From positions 542,786 through 606,785 of the forward strand of contig NW_002060949.1 of the NCBI RefSeq assembly GCF_000150275.1: a stretch of DNA of 64,000 nt, written 5' to 3'. Positions 43,530 through 58,141 of the stretch are shown here, piece by piece; position 1 is the first letter of the stretch, and each line of letters opens with the position of its first letter. The notes beneath the pieces are model-generated. The model saw only the letters and a program-made list of their open reading frames with translations, did no database searches and was not told the origin of the DNA. This stretch comes from Trichoplax adhaerens. Its lineage: Eukaryota > Animalia > Placozoa. The translations under genes and the position numbers were made by a program.

Positions 43530-46500
43530 TTATCTATTTTTATTAGCAGCTACTTGAGCATTTTTAAAATATTTCTTGGCGGCAGTCGAGTTTTTTGCTT
43601 TCTTCAAACCTATGAAGAAAATTTCAAAACAATCTAATTCTTTAGATCGCTAAAATAATACCAACAAAATAGATATTTTACGGATTATAAGAACTATGGC
43701 AAGAGATTAATAACTCCGTAAGCAATGCCATTTATAGAAAGTTAATAACTAAATAAGCAACTTGTTAAATTACTGACCGATACTAAACAGGTTATGATAC
43801 TGATTGAAATGAACTAAGAGAGTTAATATCCGCAGCCACAAACTGCTTGCTAATTGATATGATACCATGTAAGCAGATTATGTTGCTGATAGAGAATTAA
43901 TTAAAATAGTTATCATAAAGACAATATATACTGCATTATGCTTCCTAGATATAGATTATGTGGTTTCTAAAAACGATTTATACGGGTGTAGTTTATTCTT
44001 ATATCCCATTTTCCGGTAGAGTAATCGTATTTAGTACATTTATAAAAATAACAAGGACTATATCAACATTAATGTTACTGAGAATTATCAGTATGAAAAT
44101 ATGCTATGGCTAACAAATATCAGAAATTACCTTGAAATATGTACCCTTGAGTATCTGACTGGATAGACGAATTATTTCTGGTATCAAGAAATCTGCAGCA
44201 ATCATCGTAAAGTTAGAAATTACGATTACAATATTAAATTTTTCGACTGCTGGTATGATAGATCCCGTTAAAGCTATCATTCAGATGCGTATTTGAATCT
44301 TTATACCTTATCTTACTGGTAATTGCTTTAATATATATATATATGTTTATATTTATAAAAGATATCCCTATACTTACGCGATTTTAGTTACAGATATGGA
44401 AAGCTCTGCTCTGGGCGATGGACTTCTTGAAGAGCGATTTGATAGTCTACTCGGCGATTTTTTTTCCAAACGATTCGATGTATAAATTGGCGAACTTTGA
44501 GCTCGTCGATGAGAGCGAGGGTCCTTAATAGTATTATGGTTTTCAATTGGCCGGTGAAGATTTATTTCCATCGAAGGTAATGCAGGTGAATTTGGCCTTT
44601 GCTGGCAAGAAGTATTAGAAGTAAACGGTGCAACAACTGTGCTGCTATGCGCTGGAGCACTTTGTATTCGTTGTTCACGTTCATGAATATAGCTGGTTAC
44701 TACTGCATTCTGACCAGGGGTGATGTTTTCATCTATATTCTTGTTCCTCTCTAAGTAAATCAGAGTAAATTGGGAAGTATCTATTGATTCATTGCAATAC
44801 TGCATCTCATAACTTATTATTAGCAAAAGATTTTTAATTTCATTTTTGATCCCTCATGACTTAGTACAAAGCCACATTAACAAATAAACTTGGGAAGTAA
44901 TGCATTTGCTAATCACTTGCTAGTAAATATGATTAGTGTTTCTGTCAGGTTGTCTATTTCATATAAGGACTAGTTATGAGAATTAAAATGTATACCAACT
45001 TTGTTTTGATAATATTTTTCTATTTAAATGTCAATGTAGGGTTTTGTTTATTTCATTCTCATAGATTATTCAGTATATTAATATGATAGCTAAAGTAGCT
45101 ACTGTATGATATACGAGTTTTTAGTACTTTTTTAGACGCAAATTTTAAATATTGTATTTAAACAGGCAACGCTAGACTACAAAGTAAATTAACTTTAAAT
45201 TCCATGTAGAAAGATAGACTTTGAAGCTACTTCTATCCAATTTCTGAAATAGCAACGTTGACGCTATAGAAATGACTGACTGCCGCCAAGCCGTTACTTC
45301 ATATATACGCGGAAAAGATTATATTTAATGTTAATAAGGTCTTTGCATTTTTGCTAACGGAGAGAAACGTTGTCAGTCTTGAAGCTTATAGACATAGTTG
45401 ATTCCTATTTAGTTTTAATTTGTGGTTAAAACGGAAAGACTTCAATGTTAATAATACGAATACTTCCATTCGGAACCAACAAAGTGTTATTTTGTCTTAG
45501 AAATATACTTTACTACGCACTATTTAGCTTTAATTTAATGTCAGTATATATAAGAGACTTGGAAGCATAAATGTTTACGGTTCAATTTTAATCTGAGGTA
45601 TACGTGAAATATAAAGCTAATACAAGTAAAGTGCTAGAAGTAACACTAAGAAAGTGAAAATCTGTCAAAAGTCAAGTTTATATGATTGATTACAACATAG
45701 TTTTAATTTAAAATCTATGTAGAAGACAGAAGCTAGCATCAATGGAATACTTTCATTTAATGCTCACAAAGTTGAATTTTGTCCTATAAAAACGTAGGAT
45801 ATGTGGTAACTTACCCTATACAGTAGTAATCTAATATCTGTATAGGCACTTACACTAACAAACTTTTCAATTGTCATCGTTCAAGTCAGTAAAATAATTA
45901 TTATAATTGATTATTACCATTTACATTACTGTTTGGTTCAAATACTAAGTCAGTACCGAAGAATAATGAATCTATGACTAGTAGGATATTTCTGCAACAT
46001 TTATACTAATAAAACGCCACTTTATCGATGCTTGAGCTTAGAAGAAACGTCATTTACTACCATTTAGCTTTAATTTAATTTCTATTTAGTGAATTATAAA
46101 ATTGATGTTTGTAAGATTTTACTTCGTCATCAACTAAGCCTGAAAGCATAACGGATTACCTTTCAGTTAATTTTAAAGTGTGAGTTGAAGGATTATAAAG
46201 TTACTATTAAGAAAATGATTCTGTTAATATTAACAAACTGGCAAACTGTTCAAAGCCAATTTGAGAAATATAATTTGTTATCATACCATCTCGAGATTTT
46301 TTTATTGCCGTTTTAGGTCTGGGCCTATTGTAAACATTCAATATTGAGCCAATACCATTTCCTCGAGAATCTGATGAAAGGTCTTTACTCCAGGACGCAT
46401 TTTCGCTCGAAATAACAACGGAATCACTTTTAATCTTTTTGCTATCCGATAGCTGTCCTATTTCTTCGCTATCTCGGGTCAACAATGTATCATGAATTGC

Positions 46501-49500
46501 GCTGGCTATACATTCATCAATGATACCGGCACTGATGATTTTTGCTTCTAAATAATCACACAACGTTAAGAGAAGGATAAGATTAGATTAATATTGAAGA
46601 TGTTACCATTTCGGCCAAATAAGATTATGGCGAGACAAAAGATTCATGGGCTTTGTAGAAAATTAAGCACAATCCAACCTTTATGAAATTGGTCTTGGCT
46701 CTCATTCTTATCTTCACGCGGTTGGGACCCATGGTTATTCTTAATCTTTGTAAATAATTGTTGTTTTTCAGTATCGGTATCATTTTTATTTTCTTCTTTT
46801 TCTTCTCGAGGAATATCAATGAATTTTAAGGATCCTTTGTGCTGCTTTTCAATTGATTCATAAAAATCTTCTTCTTCCTGATCCATTAATTTACCTTCTT
46901 CTAAATTATGCAACCGGTCGTAAACCTGATAGGGTATTAATATAAAACTATTACAATCTCACTTTCTTATAGCTTAAACCGATCATTATCTAAAATTGAC
47001 TACTATCATTCACCGTGGGCATATTAATGACCATTCTCATTCCTGTCGATATAGATACTGCATTTGTTTCATTATCTTCAGTAGGAATATCTGGACAAAT
47101 TAAAATCGATCATATTATACCTCGTATCTTATCATTTAAAAGTGAATTCAAATGCTTTCCAAGAGTAAACGTGCTCGTAGCTATTATATGTTGGCATTGG
47201 CGCAGAATAGTTGTGCGGTGTTCTACGCGTATATCATTTTGGCTTAACAAAGTTAAAATTATTTGATTAAAGATTCAGCCATACATCGGCATTTTTAACT
47301 GCTAATAATTTAGATGAGCTGATAAAAAGGATTTTCTAAATATAATTATAGTTCAGTTATGAATCTTATGGCACTGTAAAAATGAGTAAAAATCAGTTTG
47401 AGGTACTAGAATATTTTACGCTCTTCCCCATCTTCGCATACACAATAACTTACGCTTTGATTCAATTTCGCTTTCGCTCCGAAAGTCCACTCTGAATAGA
47501 AAATTAATCATTTTATTACTATATGGCACACTTTGGCATGATATCTCGTTATAAAGGTCTTACAAAATTATCATAAATATATTGTACAGTTAATAAGCAA
47601 ATATAATTTAGTTTATCTCAATAAATAGGTTAGTTTTATAACATCCGTCTGCACTACTGTACTTACGAATCGGATCGAATGTGAACCCAATAGCCTAATG
47701 GATTCCATCGAATTGAGCTTAACGTTATATAGCTGTATTTATTGATAGGAGAGGTTGATGCCAGTGAATTTGGTTCTAAGTAATCATGAAGAAAGACTAT
47801 ATTATTGTTTATTCAGTTTTAACAATTACTTTAAATCTTGTAACTAAATCAGTTATATAAAACCTGGTATTTTTATAGATATATAAACTGAACATGTATT
47901 GCCATTATCGTTATTTAATATCTTACTATCATTATTTTCCATTGTTAACGAAAATTTGGCCTCATACTTATAATATAAGTTTATTTATTGAGTGCCAATT
48001 TTCAAAATTATCAGAATCTCTTACGATATTGATCGAACACTTAAAATTATATGATGATTTGGACTTTAGTAGCGTATCGGTAGTGTATTTTCTATATTTC
48101 AACCTTTTTCTCAAGCTTCTTACTATATTACTAATTTAAATAAATGACATTGATAAAATATCTCTAGTACTTACTTCTGCTTGCATTGATAGCAATTAAG
48201 GCTAAATTGTCTGATGGAAGACTTATTATCCTTGCAACATACTATGAAATGAAATTAAGAATACTATCAGCTGTCTTCCATTCTCCGAAACCTTAAAACT
48301 AGCAAATATATCCGGCATTCTAATTATTATATTCCCCACAGGTATATCTTCAAAATTATTTGAAAATTCAATAAACTAAAGCAGCTAAGGCGTTAAAATA
48401 TTAACTTATGAACAGAAACCGAGTTTTTAAGCTATTTTACCTGTTTGTCAACGATAATTGGATCACCTACAGCTGTTAATGTAATAAAATTATTGGAATT
48501 ATAGGCAAAACGGGCTGATCTTCTTATTTAATCAAAAGCTTAATCAACTACTTGAAATACTAAAGTATACCAAAAAACCTTACTTGCTTCCTTTTGTACA
48601 TGCTTTACATTGGACTTCTGGCCCTTAGCTGATTTACTACGCAATAGCTTAGCTCTGTTGATACTAGATAGAAGAATGAGAGGGGAACATGTTATTCTTA
48701 ATTCATTATGTTCCATGTAGTGATAAAATACGTAACTTTATTGTATCTATCATAATGTTAGTTTGCTATCTAAGTATTGTATATATAGCATTAGAATGAT
48801 TTCAATTAAAAATGCACTAAAATTATTAGATATTTCTTACAATTTGGGATTAAGAGCAGGAGAAGAATGAGGTCGTGGTAGGGTTTTAGTTTCCTTTTCC
48901 TAAAGTTTCGGAATGCGAGCATTAGTAACTTAATAATTCTAAAATTAATCTATATAATCTTTACCATAACATCTCTGCTACGTCGAAAATTATCGAACCA
49001 TGAAATAGTATTAACATCTGTCAAAATTAATATAATAGGATTAGCAACATAAAACCAATGTATTAAAGTTTTCTTATCTTAACTCCATAATAATATATTC
49101 AAATTTAATGTGATAGTGTTACCATTTTTTCGCATGTATCAAAGTAAATTCGTTGAGATTAGAGAATATACATATATATATTTAGCGCTTAAGACTTTCT
49201 TGTATTAGTCTACACAGCAGTACTGTACACTTGAAATTGTTACTAGAATCTTATCGTTTATCATTTCAGTCCATATTTGTCATTTGGTAGTTTTCTATTG
49301 GACAGTATAACCAAAGCTAGTAGTTAATTCGCTATTTACCACTTTGAACTTCGGACCGTGAAGATATGTTTGCTAGTAAAGTTTCAGCCAAGACACGGCA
49401 AGCAACTTTAACACCAGCCTGCAATATAGTAGATATTTATAAAGCGGTCAAGATATTCACCGAATTGAATATTAATAAATATCGGACTGTAAAGGTTACA

Positions 49501-52500
49501 CTGATAGAGAGAAAAGATATGTTTATGCTATGAAGTTTAGTATTATAAGTAATAACTAGCTTTCATCTGTTGTAAGTATGTATTACCTGATATCCATCTG
49601 TATTTGCTATGGCATTAAACATAAGTTTTGGAATATTATAATTTCCGGTTGCAGCAGATATCATAGCTTCAACACCTTGTTTAATTCAGTAGTAATAAAA
49701 TATTTACTTAAAAATGTACTGTTGATTATAACAGATAAATAGCTAAATCATCAATAACTTTACTCCATCGACATCAGTTTATAAAGCTAATCCTCCTATG
49801 TTACGTACCAGGCTCACTCAAGTAACTACATAAAATTTCTGCACTTGGATAAATCATGAGTATAATTTTTTGCGCCATTAGTCGATAGTGAGGTTGAAAG
49901 CTAACATAAAAATTGATAAAGGTTTCATTTATTCATTACATCTAAAATAAACTGCAACAAAAAATTAGAATAAAACGGTCAATTATCATGTAAACGAAAT
50001 ACTCGGTCTACCTTGTATGGGTTTGGCGAAGTTTTCTAATTCGACTATGTTTAAAAAACGAACAAAATTATTTGCAAGAAGTTTATGTTCATTAAAATAG
50101 TAAATTATATTACTAATCAATTTTATCGATACATTAGATTTAAGTAATTGTAACTATGCCATAGATCTGGAATTGATTTTCCGCTAAACTTAAGATTCAT
50201 TTAATCATATAATAAATTAATACAGTTAAGCTATGTGCAAATATGGCTTATCGACTTACTACTTGTAGCTTTCTTTCGACATTGTGGATTTTTTATAAAT
50301 TTCGCCAATTAGATTATATAAGCAAATGAAAAGGTGTTGATTCAAGTGATTGTCCTGAAAAAATTATCTGACATTGATTATAATTGGCAAGGTAATCGAA
50401 GTGAAGCAATGCTAGGATTCTAATTAGTCTTTATTATGCTGGACTGCAGACATAAAAAATACCAAAACAAGTGATCTGTTTTGTTCAAAATTTAAATAAT
50501 CTTTATCTAAATTCTCTCTGCTAAGTTATATAGAATTGCTTAAGTTAGACATTACATATTCGAGCTTGGAGTTCATTTAAAATGTTAATTTAAACTTTGA
50601 TTTTCCTTAAACTAAAATCGTACAAAAACTTGTGTATTTAAAGTGAAATAATTATAATATCTATCATTTGGTACTAATATTATCAACTCTTCTGACTAAG
50701 TATAAGATTGTTTGGACTAAAACCATGTCTATAACGCACTAACAATTATACCGTTATAATCTAGTGAAAGCTCTATATGGGGAATTTAACAACCCAATCA
50801 CGTATCATGATTATAGGTACATACAGTACATGATTAAACATACCTCATTGCTTTCCAGGTCGATTTGGACGGCTCCAAAGATTACTGATATTAACTGGTT
50901 GATTAGATCCGATGATAGATGAAAAAATTTTATAACTTCTATGGATCTATAATAACAGTAAGAACATAACATAATGCATTCGATTTAATACTATAGAATT
51001 GGCCAAGGGTTTTCAAGATTTAATATTTCACAATAACGTCATTATTTCGGAAAATACATTTTCTTATTAACTTACGATGAAGACATACAATAATTACAGA
51101 TGCAATTTATAGGTTATAATGCTCTAAAAGTATCATCTGTAGAAGGTACTTCATCAATTTTTATTCCTAAGATATCTTTTCGTTTACTACAACAACGTAT
51201 TATCTCAAGATACAGAAGTGAACAAGTTTTTTTTACCCAATTTCTAGTAATTTAGTAGCTTTTAATGTTTCCGTAATAATTTTTGAAGGTAAGTCAAATA
51301 GTTGTTTTGCCTGGACGAAGATAGAAAAACATGTCGAAAATCATCAATCTTATCTTGTATAATGGACATAAATGTTCAACTGCTGTACTCGTAAATTATT
51401 CTAACTAAATTTGATTTTGGACATGAAAATAGTGGTAAATTGAGTCTTTAGAAATAAAATAGTTTAACTCACAATAAGTAAAAACAATAGTCTGTGGATA
51501 AGTTTTCGATATTGACTTCGATACACTAGTAATTCTTCTACGCCTAATAATTCGTAACGATAGTTACGAAATTTCTTCTCCCTATTATGATTTGATAAAT
51601 TTAGTAAGTAGCGCAGTGATCGAGATAATAAAGTATGGTATTATTCTCATATAAATATATTGTTAGCTAGTCTATTAATTGATGATTATTCTTAGTCAAT
51701 ATTTTATTAATTAAAGGCAAGTTATTATAATTCTACAGTCACATACTTTATTTTTTAAATCATATAACTGAAATATTGCCATATAATGGAAGGATATCGA
51801 ATTGACATACCCTTTATTAGCTTCGGATGCTAGTTTTACTTCTTGTTCAAAGTTATAAGCTAGATAGATTAGTCTTTTCTCATCGATTTCTAAATTTTAA
51901 ATTTAAATATAGACGTCAATTATCATTTGTTATTCAAACTTACAATCGTGTTAGAAATGATACACAATAGGCAATGACTAAAAATACGATACCTTGGGTC
52001 GGCGTAGCATAGACAGGCATATATTTCATCATATGCATAGCCTAAAGTAGTCGCATATTTTCAATACGAATATTTTTACTGCTTAACAAATATAGAGCTT
52101 AAAGGCACAAAGTAATTTTTATAGAGTAATAAAGACTAAAGATTTTACAGTGTGTAAAGATTACTGCATAGCGAATTAAATTATGAACTGACAGTAAATA
52201 TGTCAGTAACCTCATTTATTCTATATTGTAATGGACGTCACGATCTATTAAATACACATATTTCACTCACCTTTGCCCCATAAATACTAGAGTTTGCCAT
52301 ATCTTTTAAATAAGATGGCACAAAGTAATATGTCTGAGCGAATCTTCTCGTCTAAGGTATCAATCATGAACGATAAAATGTGACATTCAGTAAATACATC
52401 AATATAGTGATATACCCTTTCTGTGCATTTATATAAAGCCGTAGCAAAGTTTATGGTGTTTCTATTGGAATGAAAGGTAAATTGCGAATAGTGGATTTTT

Positions 52501-55220
52501 TACTTTTAATACTTACATAATGAAGCCAGACTATCAAAATAATTAACTAATTAATTACAGAAGAATTTATACGCCATTACTACTAGGGGTTAGTTTTAAC
52601 TAAGAATTGGATAACTAGAGTTTTATGTTAATGCAAGACTTACAGATTTATGGGTTATATACCTGTCGCCGCTACCAAAATCTGATATCGTTGCAGCAAT
52701 TACTTTACGTAGATGTCATTTAATACTAACTGATACTTTCTATAGGATTTTATTAAGCTTAACTTTCAGTTTGACTGCATAATTTATGAAATACAATAGA
52801 GCTTATTCGTATTACATTGAATTATAATCGGGGAATACCCCATAACATTATCCTTCTACTCTGGAAAGTCACTCATGAAGCCTTTTATTACAGTAGCAGT
52901 ATTAAAACGGCCTAATTTATAGTTAAGATGAATCTAGCAAAATACACTCATACGGGTAGTCTAGTGGAATTATTACTGTTAAAATATCTAACAGTAACAG
53001 CTGAATATACAGTAAAGAATTTAATTTTCTTATTTTAGATTATCTTTTCCTGCTAGTAAATTGGGAAATTTAGAAAAATTTTCTAAATGTGTATTCGGTA
53101 AGTGCCATAAGAACAATATAGTTTATAGCGTGATATCTTACCATTGGTCTTTTGGAGTTAGCGGTTTTAAAAAAATTTTCAACTCGTTTCCGCTCATAAG
53201 CTAGACAAATTAATAAATTGTTGTTAGCGTTTGAAATTATTTGTAATATACTCGTGTAATTTTCATTCTAAGACAAGAAGAAATAGGCATAACTAAACAA
53301 TTACTGATAGCTAGATAATATTCGTCATTTTAGCATTTTAAAATATAAAGCAAGCAATATAATAAATCATTAGCTGAGTAATTATACTAGAACATTAAGT
53401 TCAATTATTGAGGCTATTAATAACTATATATTTATATATGTCATATTATAGAGAGACAGTAGGGGGAGAGATGAAATTTTAATTGTAAAATTTGATAGTT
53501 AGTAGACTGAAAAGTATCTCTTCTACTAAGGAGTTGATATGCATATCAAGCGTCAAATTGAAAATCAGAGTAGGTATGTAATGATCTAAGTTTTCAGAGT
53601 GAATTTACATTTGAAAATTCAAAATTATAAATGCTTGTGCTATTGCCAGAGCTTCATGCTAAAACTTACTTTCTCTATAAATTAGCTTATTGGCACATCT
53701 CTGAATATATTTTGTTTGCCATATAAAGAATAACTAGTCAGAGTTATTGTAAGATTTAATTATATTATGACAAGGATAGTCTACTAATGTTAATGATATA
53801 TCAAAAAGATACTAAAATATATGTAGAATTTATAAAGTGAAATATTGATCATATTAGCAGGCTATTTTATTTCGAGCTATTTGGCTTATTTGCTAAAAAA
53901 TTTCATTAAGGATCACATCAAATACAATTTTGCAGCTTCAATCATTTCAATTATTTAATCTTGCTAGAAAATAGTTATGCATGACAAATAATCAATACTT
54001 TACATACATGTCACAAATTTTCCGTCAAGCATCCACATATATGGCAATCCATCAATAACTTGTGCACGATCTGAAAGCGGTTAAAGTAGAACATGTAAGA
54101 AAGACATTATTTGTGAAGTACTACTGTTTTCTACGCAGTTTAATGTCAGGAAAGCGATGATAGTGATTCCAAAGATAAATTAAATGTATTGAATTTTAAA
54201 ATAAATATCAAGTACTTTATGTGAAGGAAGGATAATTAAAAAATTATGTAGTATCTTTGTTATCCATAACGACTAATCCACCACGACTTTGATACTAAGA
54301 CTAGCAAAATTAGTAATATTTGAAAAGTTATACGTACAATTTGGATCTTTCTCTAATTCTTTATTGCCATAGAGACATAAATCTAAGATATGTACATTGC
54401 GTAAATGCTGCAGATCCGTCCAAGATATATTATTATTGGCCAAGTTAATGGTTCCAAGAGAGTAAAAACACCCAAAACCTTCTAAGCATCGAATCTAATA
54501 GAACGGAATACGATGTTGCTGATGATAAATTACGTTTATAATAGATGCAGATTTTAAAGGGTGTAAAATCTTTTAATATCCTGTCGATGTCATTGTTGTA
54601 CAGTATGGTTAAATGAATTAACGATATCGGTAGCTATATGTTAGTAAATCACTTTAAATGGACGTTTAAACGAGTTTATTATAGAAATAAATTATTATCA
54701 AAGCAACAACATAAAGGAAAACTCCTTACCCTATTGCAACTTAGATCTATTTTCCAAAGTTCACGACAACGGATAATAGTAGTTAGAATAGCATCAATAT
54801 CATTTTGGCTGGCAAGGATTGTTTGCAGTTTTGGACAAACAGACAAATTTTCTAGTGATACTGTAACGAATTGTATTGCAAAGAAAGATTAAGCAAGTAC
54901 GCTATTTTATAGAGTTAAAAACACAATTTTATTGCTATATCTGGGACGTTATCTTAATATTGATGAGTCTAAACAAATTTTATAGTTATAGAGCAGTCCC
55001 CTCTTACCTAATTGACGATCCGATAGATCGATATATACAGCATCAACTAAACGACAACCAACTTGTGATCTTAACAACTGAAAAGGAAGTAAAAAAATTA
55101 AAATCATTACAATACACTAAATTGATTTTAGTCGTTAATTCGAAATATTTACTGCTACGCTTATAATGTTCGTCGAAAATATGTAGCGTAGACATGATTT
55201 ACCTGTTTGGTAATCTTCAT
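43530..55220 (-). CDS. Uncharacterised protein with N-terminal SDS22/U2A'-like leucine-rich repeats and LRRcap, a helical middle and a long low-complexity C-terminus
   Basis: The spliced reading is MKITKQ-LLRSQVGCRLVDAVYIDLSDRQL-VSLENLSVCPKLQTILASQNDI..LWKIDLSCNR-IRCLEGF..LGTINLANNNI..LDLCLYGNKELEKDPNY-RAQVIDGLPYMWMLDGKFVT-SYERKRVENFF. Further minus-strand exons include the ORFs at 46913, 46563 and 44826, ending in AANKNR-TAA at 43532-43530. The start codon and some internal exons are uncertain. Confidence 0.8.
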
Positions 55221-56996
55221 AATTTAATCATAAATTTTAAGAGCAAACACATATCATTAATAAGTGCATTAGTAACAAAAATTGTGAGACAACTTGCTGA
55301 TAATTTTATGCTTGAATCGGCGTATTGCTACTTCCACTATTGTTTATTGTCTTTGTCATAGTGACTATTGTTGTGCGATTAAGGTCAATAGCAGATTTTT
55401 GGAGTCCTTAATATGTTAAATTAAGACCCATGCCAATGAATAACATAGAGTTGAATAGCATGGGCACTGTCTGTTGCATATTATAATTAGCATTGATTTG
55501 TAAACGGACAATTATACGCCAATACACAGTTATTTTACCTTGCTTTAATAGCATTCTAATACTAAGATATATTTACTATGGTTACTAGAGTGGGCACTGA
55601 TTGCAGACTCATATCTTTACTACTCCATTTTTTGATGACAGTATTCATTTGTTTTCTTAAAAAGTAAAATGGTCAGAATTGCTCATGTCGCCTTCTTATA
55701 ACGAAAAATTGATATAGTCACGCAACTAGAGATTTTTTGTAATAAGATAGACACGATAATACGTTAATAGCTATCCAGGCTGTGACTTTTTTAACTTTAT
55801 ATTCAAGTGATGATCTAATTATCTTTAAAAATTTTATATATTCGATAGGTAATGGTATCGCATTAGTAATTTATTGTTACTAAAATAGCTATCATCAGCT
55901 ATGAGAAATAAATAAATAAATTATGTCGCATTATGTTGTGTAATATATGAATAGCGATTGATTAAACACTGCCATACTTATGCATGTTAGCTTCAATCGA
56001 ACTAAAGTCCAGACTCTTTAATAAAGCTGAAGTGAGATATAGCAGTATCTGATTAAGAGATGAGAATTTTGTATCAAGGGAAATGTAAGAAATAGCTACA
56101 ACTTAATAATTTGATGATATAGCACGTATAATTTCTTATCTCGACAGTTTAGTAATGAAAATGTAACCTTAAAATTTATGCCAAAAGCACTGTACCATCT
56201 TATCCCAAATGTAAAGGAGGTATATTCATCAATGATAGGAAGCCTATCATTAAAAAAGTTATACTATAACTAAGTGAAATTTACTTCCTTAGAGACGTGA
56301 TTAGCGAAATTATGAGGCTAATTATAATTATTAGAGAACCTGTAACTAATTTTGTGAAGCTGCCGTGCTAAATATTACCCCACTAAAGGTGTACGAATTG
56401 TGATTGATATTCTATCTGGTACGTGGAGATGGCACGTCGTTTTACTGGCACAAAAAAACGCGAAGGTATGAACACGTATGCTATAGCAAAATCAAGTGTA
56501 AAAAACAGACTGTTTAATGGCTTGTATTTGTACAATTGTACTATGCATGATCATCCATGAACCCATTTCCGGTTACGTAATCGTCTGTTTTACACACAAT
56601 CATCATTTGCAAGTATTTTATCTTAGTTATGAGTCATGATCTGTCGGCAAGGCGACGTGGTGTTGGACTAGTCTTAATAATTTCAACAGATTACACAATC
56701 ACGTAGGGTGTAATCACTTAGGGTGATAGGATATTGTTCTTATTCTATTGCCAGCAGCGTAGGCTATAAAACTATGTCGTAAAAAAGTGCAATTTGCTGC
56801 CTCCCCGTTGTCCGTACCATAGCACATGAAGATCCTAAAAATATACGCACTACAGGATCTCCAGTCTTCTCCATAAGCACTGAAAAATAAGTATTGATTA
56901 AAAATATTATCCATGCGAAATTGGCATAACTCGTTGCTCGCTTATCAGAAATTTTAAAAATCTCAGCAGTTTCTCTTTGAGTGAGTTTAAGCTGTT

Positions 56997-57010
56997 GTTG
57001 TCATAGCTAC
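56997..57010 (-). promoter_or_regulatory. RFX X-box upstream of the LRR gene
   Basis: The minus strand GTAGCT-AT-GACAAC is an exact match to GTHNYY-AT-RRNAAC and abuts island D. Confidence 0.62.
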
Positions 57011-57034
57011 GACGATTGCAAGCCTCTTACAGAA

Positions 57035-57990
57035 CTATATACTGTAAACTACAGTACAGTACTAAATTGCAGTGAGTGACTACTGTACTGTACACTATCG
57101 TACTGTACTGTAGTGTTGCGGGTCCGAAGAAGCCCTGTTTTCTCAACTTTTAAATTAATTTTTCCATCTCAGCCTAGACATACTGTACTCGTAATGGGTA
57201 TAATAAATCAATAGTACAGTATGTCATCGCCAGCATGAGCCACATATATTGGTAAATTACAGTTAGCGCTTAAAAAAAAGTAGTTTAAAATTGCAGTTCG
57301 TGGAAGCAACTAACATACTGTACATACAGTACAGTACTGTACAGTACAATGCTGGTAATACTGTACTGTACTGTACAGTATACTGTACTGTACTGCACAC
57401 TGTGCACACTACAGTACGCTCGTGATAGCTTATTTTGTACAGTACTGTACAGTACTGTATACAGACCGATAGTACGACGTGACTTTTAAAATTGTTGGAA
57501 GCGACCGCACATGTAACAACGACTGATAGTTTGTATTAGGAACTTGAAAGAATAGAATTATTCAATACTACGATATAAAGTAATAAAAATATAAAGAATC
57601 TATTGCTCAAGGTTGTACTGATCTGTCTGCATGGAATTTGAGCCAAATTTAAAGACATAATTTAAGACAACGTTATAGCTGAACATCTTTCAACCATTTT
57701 AGAGGGTTCACCACGCCCCGGTAATGCTACAGTTGTACAGTACTGTATACAGTGTACAGTACAGTATAGTCTGTAGTGCAACTCTTCACGGCGCTCAGAT
57801 GGCGGACGGCGGGATACCGAACTTGCAAGAGTTAATCGTGCAGGCCAGGCCAAGCCAAGTTCCATGATACCGTATAGTAACGTACTGTACACTCGTACAG
57901 CATCCAGTACAACTGTACATGATAGTTACTGCTAGCTAGGCTCACTGTTACTACTTAACATCCCATAGTAATGCAATATACTGTAGCGGA
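57035..57990. promoter_or_regulatory. TACAGTA/TACTGTA island D; divergent promoter of the LRR gene and KAT14
   Basis: Examples are TACTGTACTGTACTGTACAGTATACTGTACTGTACTG (about 57359-57395) and TGTACAGTACTGTACAGTACTGTA (about 57436). Confidence 0.8.
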
Positions 57991-58141
57991 AAGTCTTCAG
58001 GGGAAGGAAGCAGCTTTGCAAATCTTGCACAATTGAACCCGCCAATATTAACTTTCAAGGTGCAAGCAGCATTATGTGCAAGGACCGATCGATGATCTTA
58101 CCACAGTTATAGGAATCACTTAGCTTTTGCGCTGGAAAAGT

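Noticed and set aside
43530-55220. Naming the LRR gene (LRRC9, LRRC61, PPP1R7 or ANKUB1)
   Set aside because: Only the generic LRR/LRRcap pattern is recognisable; the remainder does not match those proteins as I recall them.
56432-56444. CGTCGTTTTAC match to the M13 forward primer site
   Set aside because: Only 11 nt, with no flanking vector sequence; chance.
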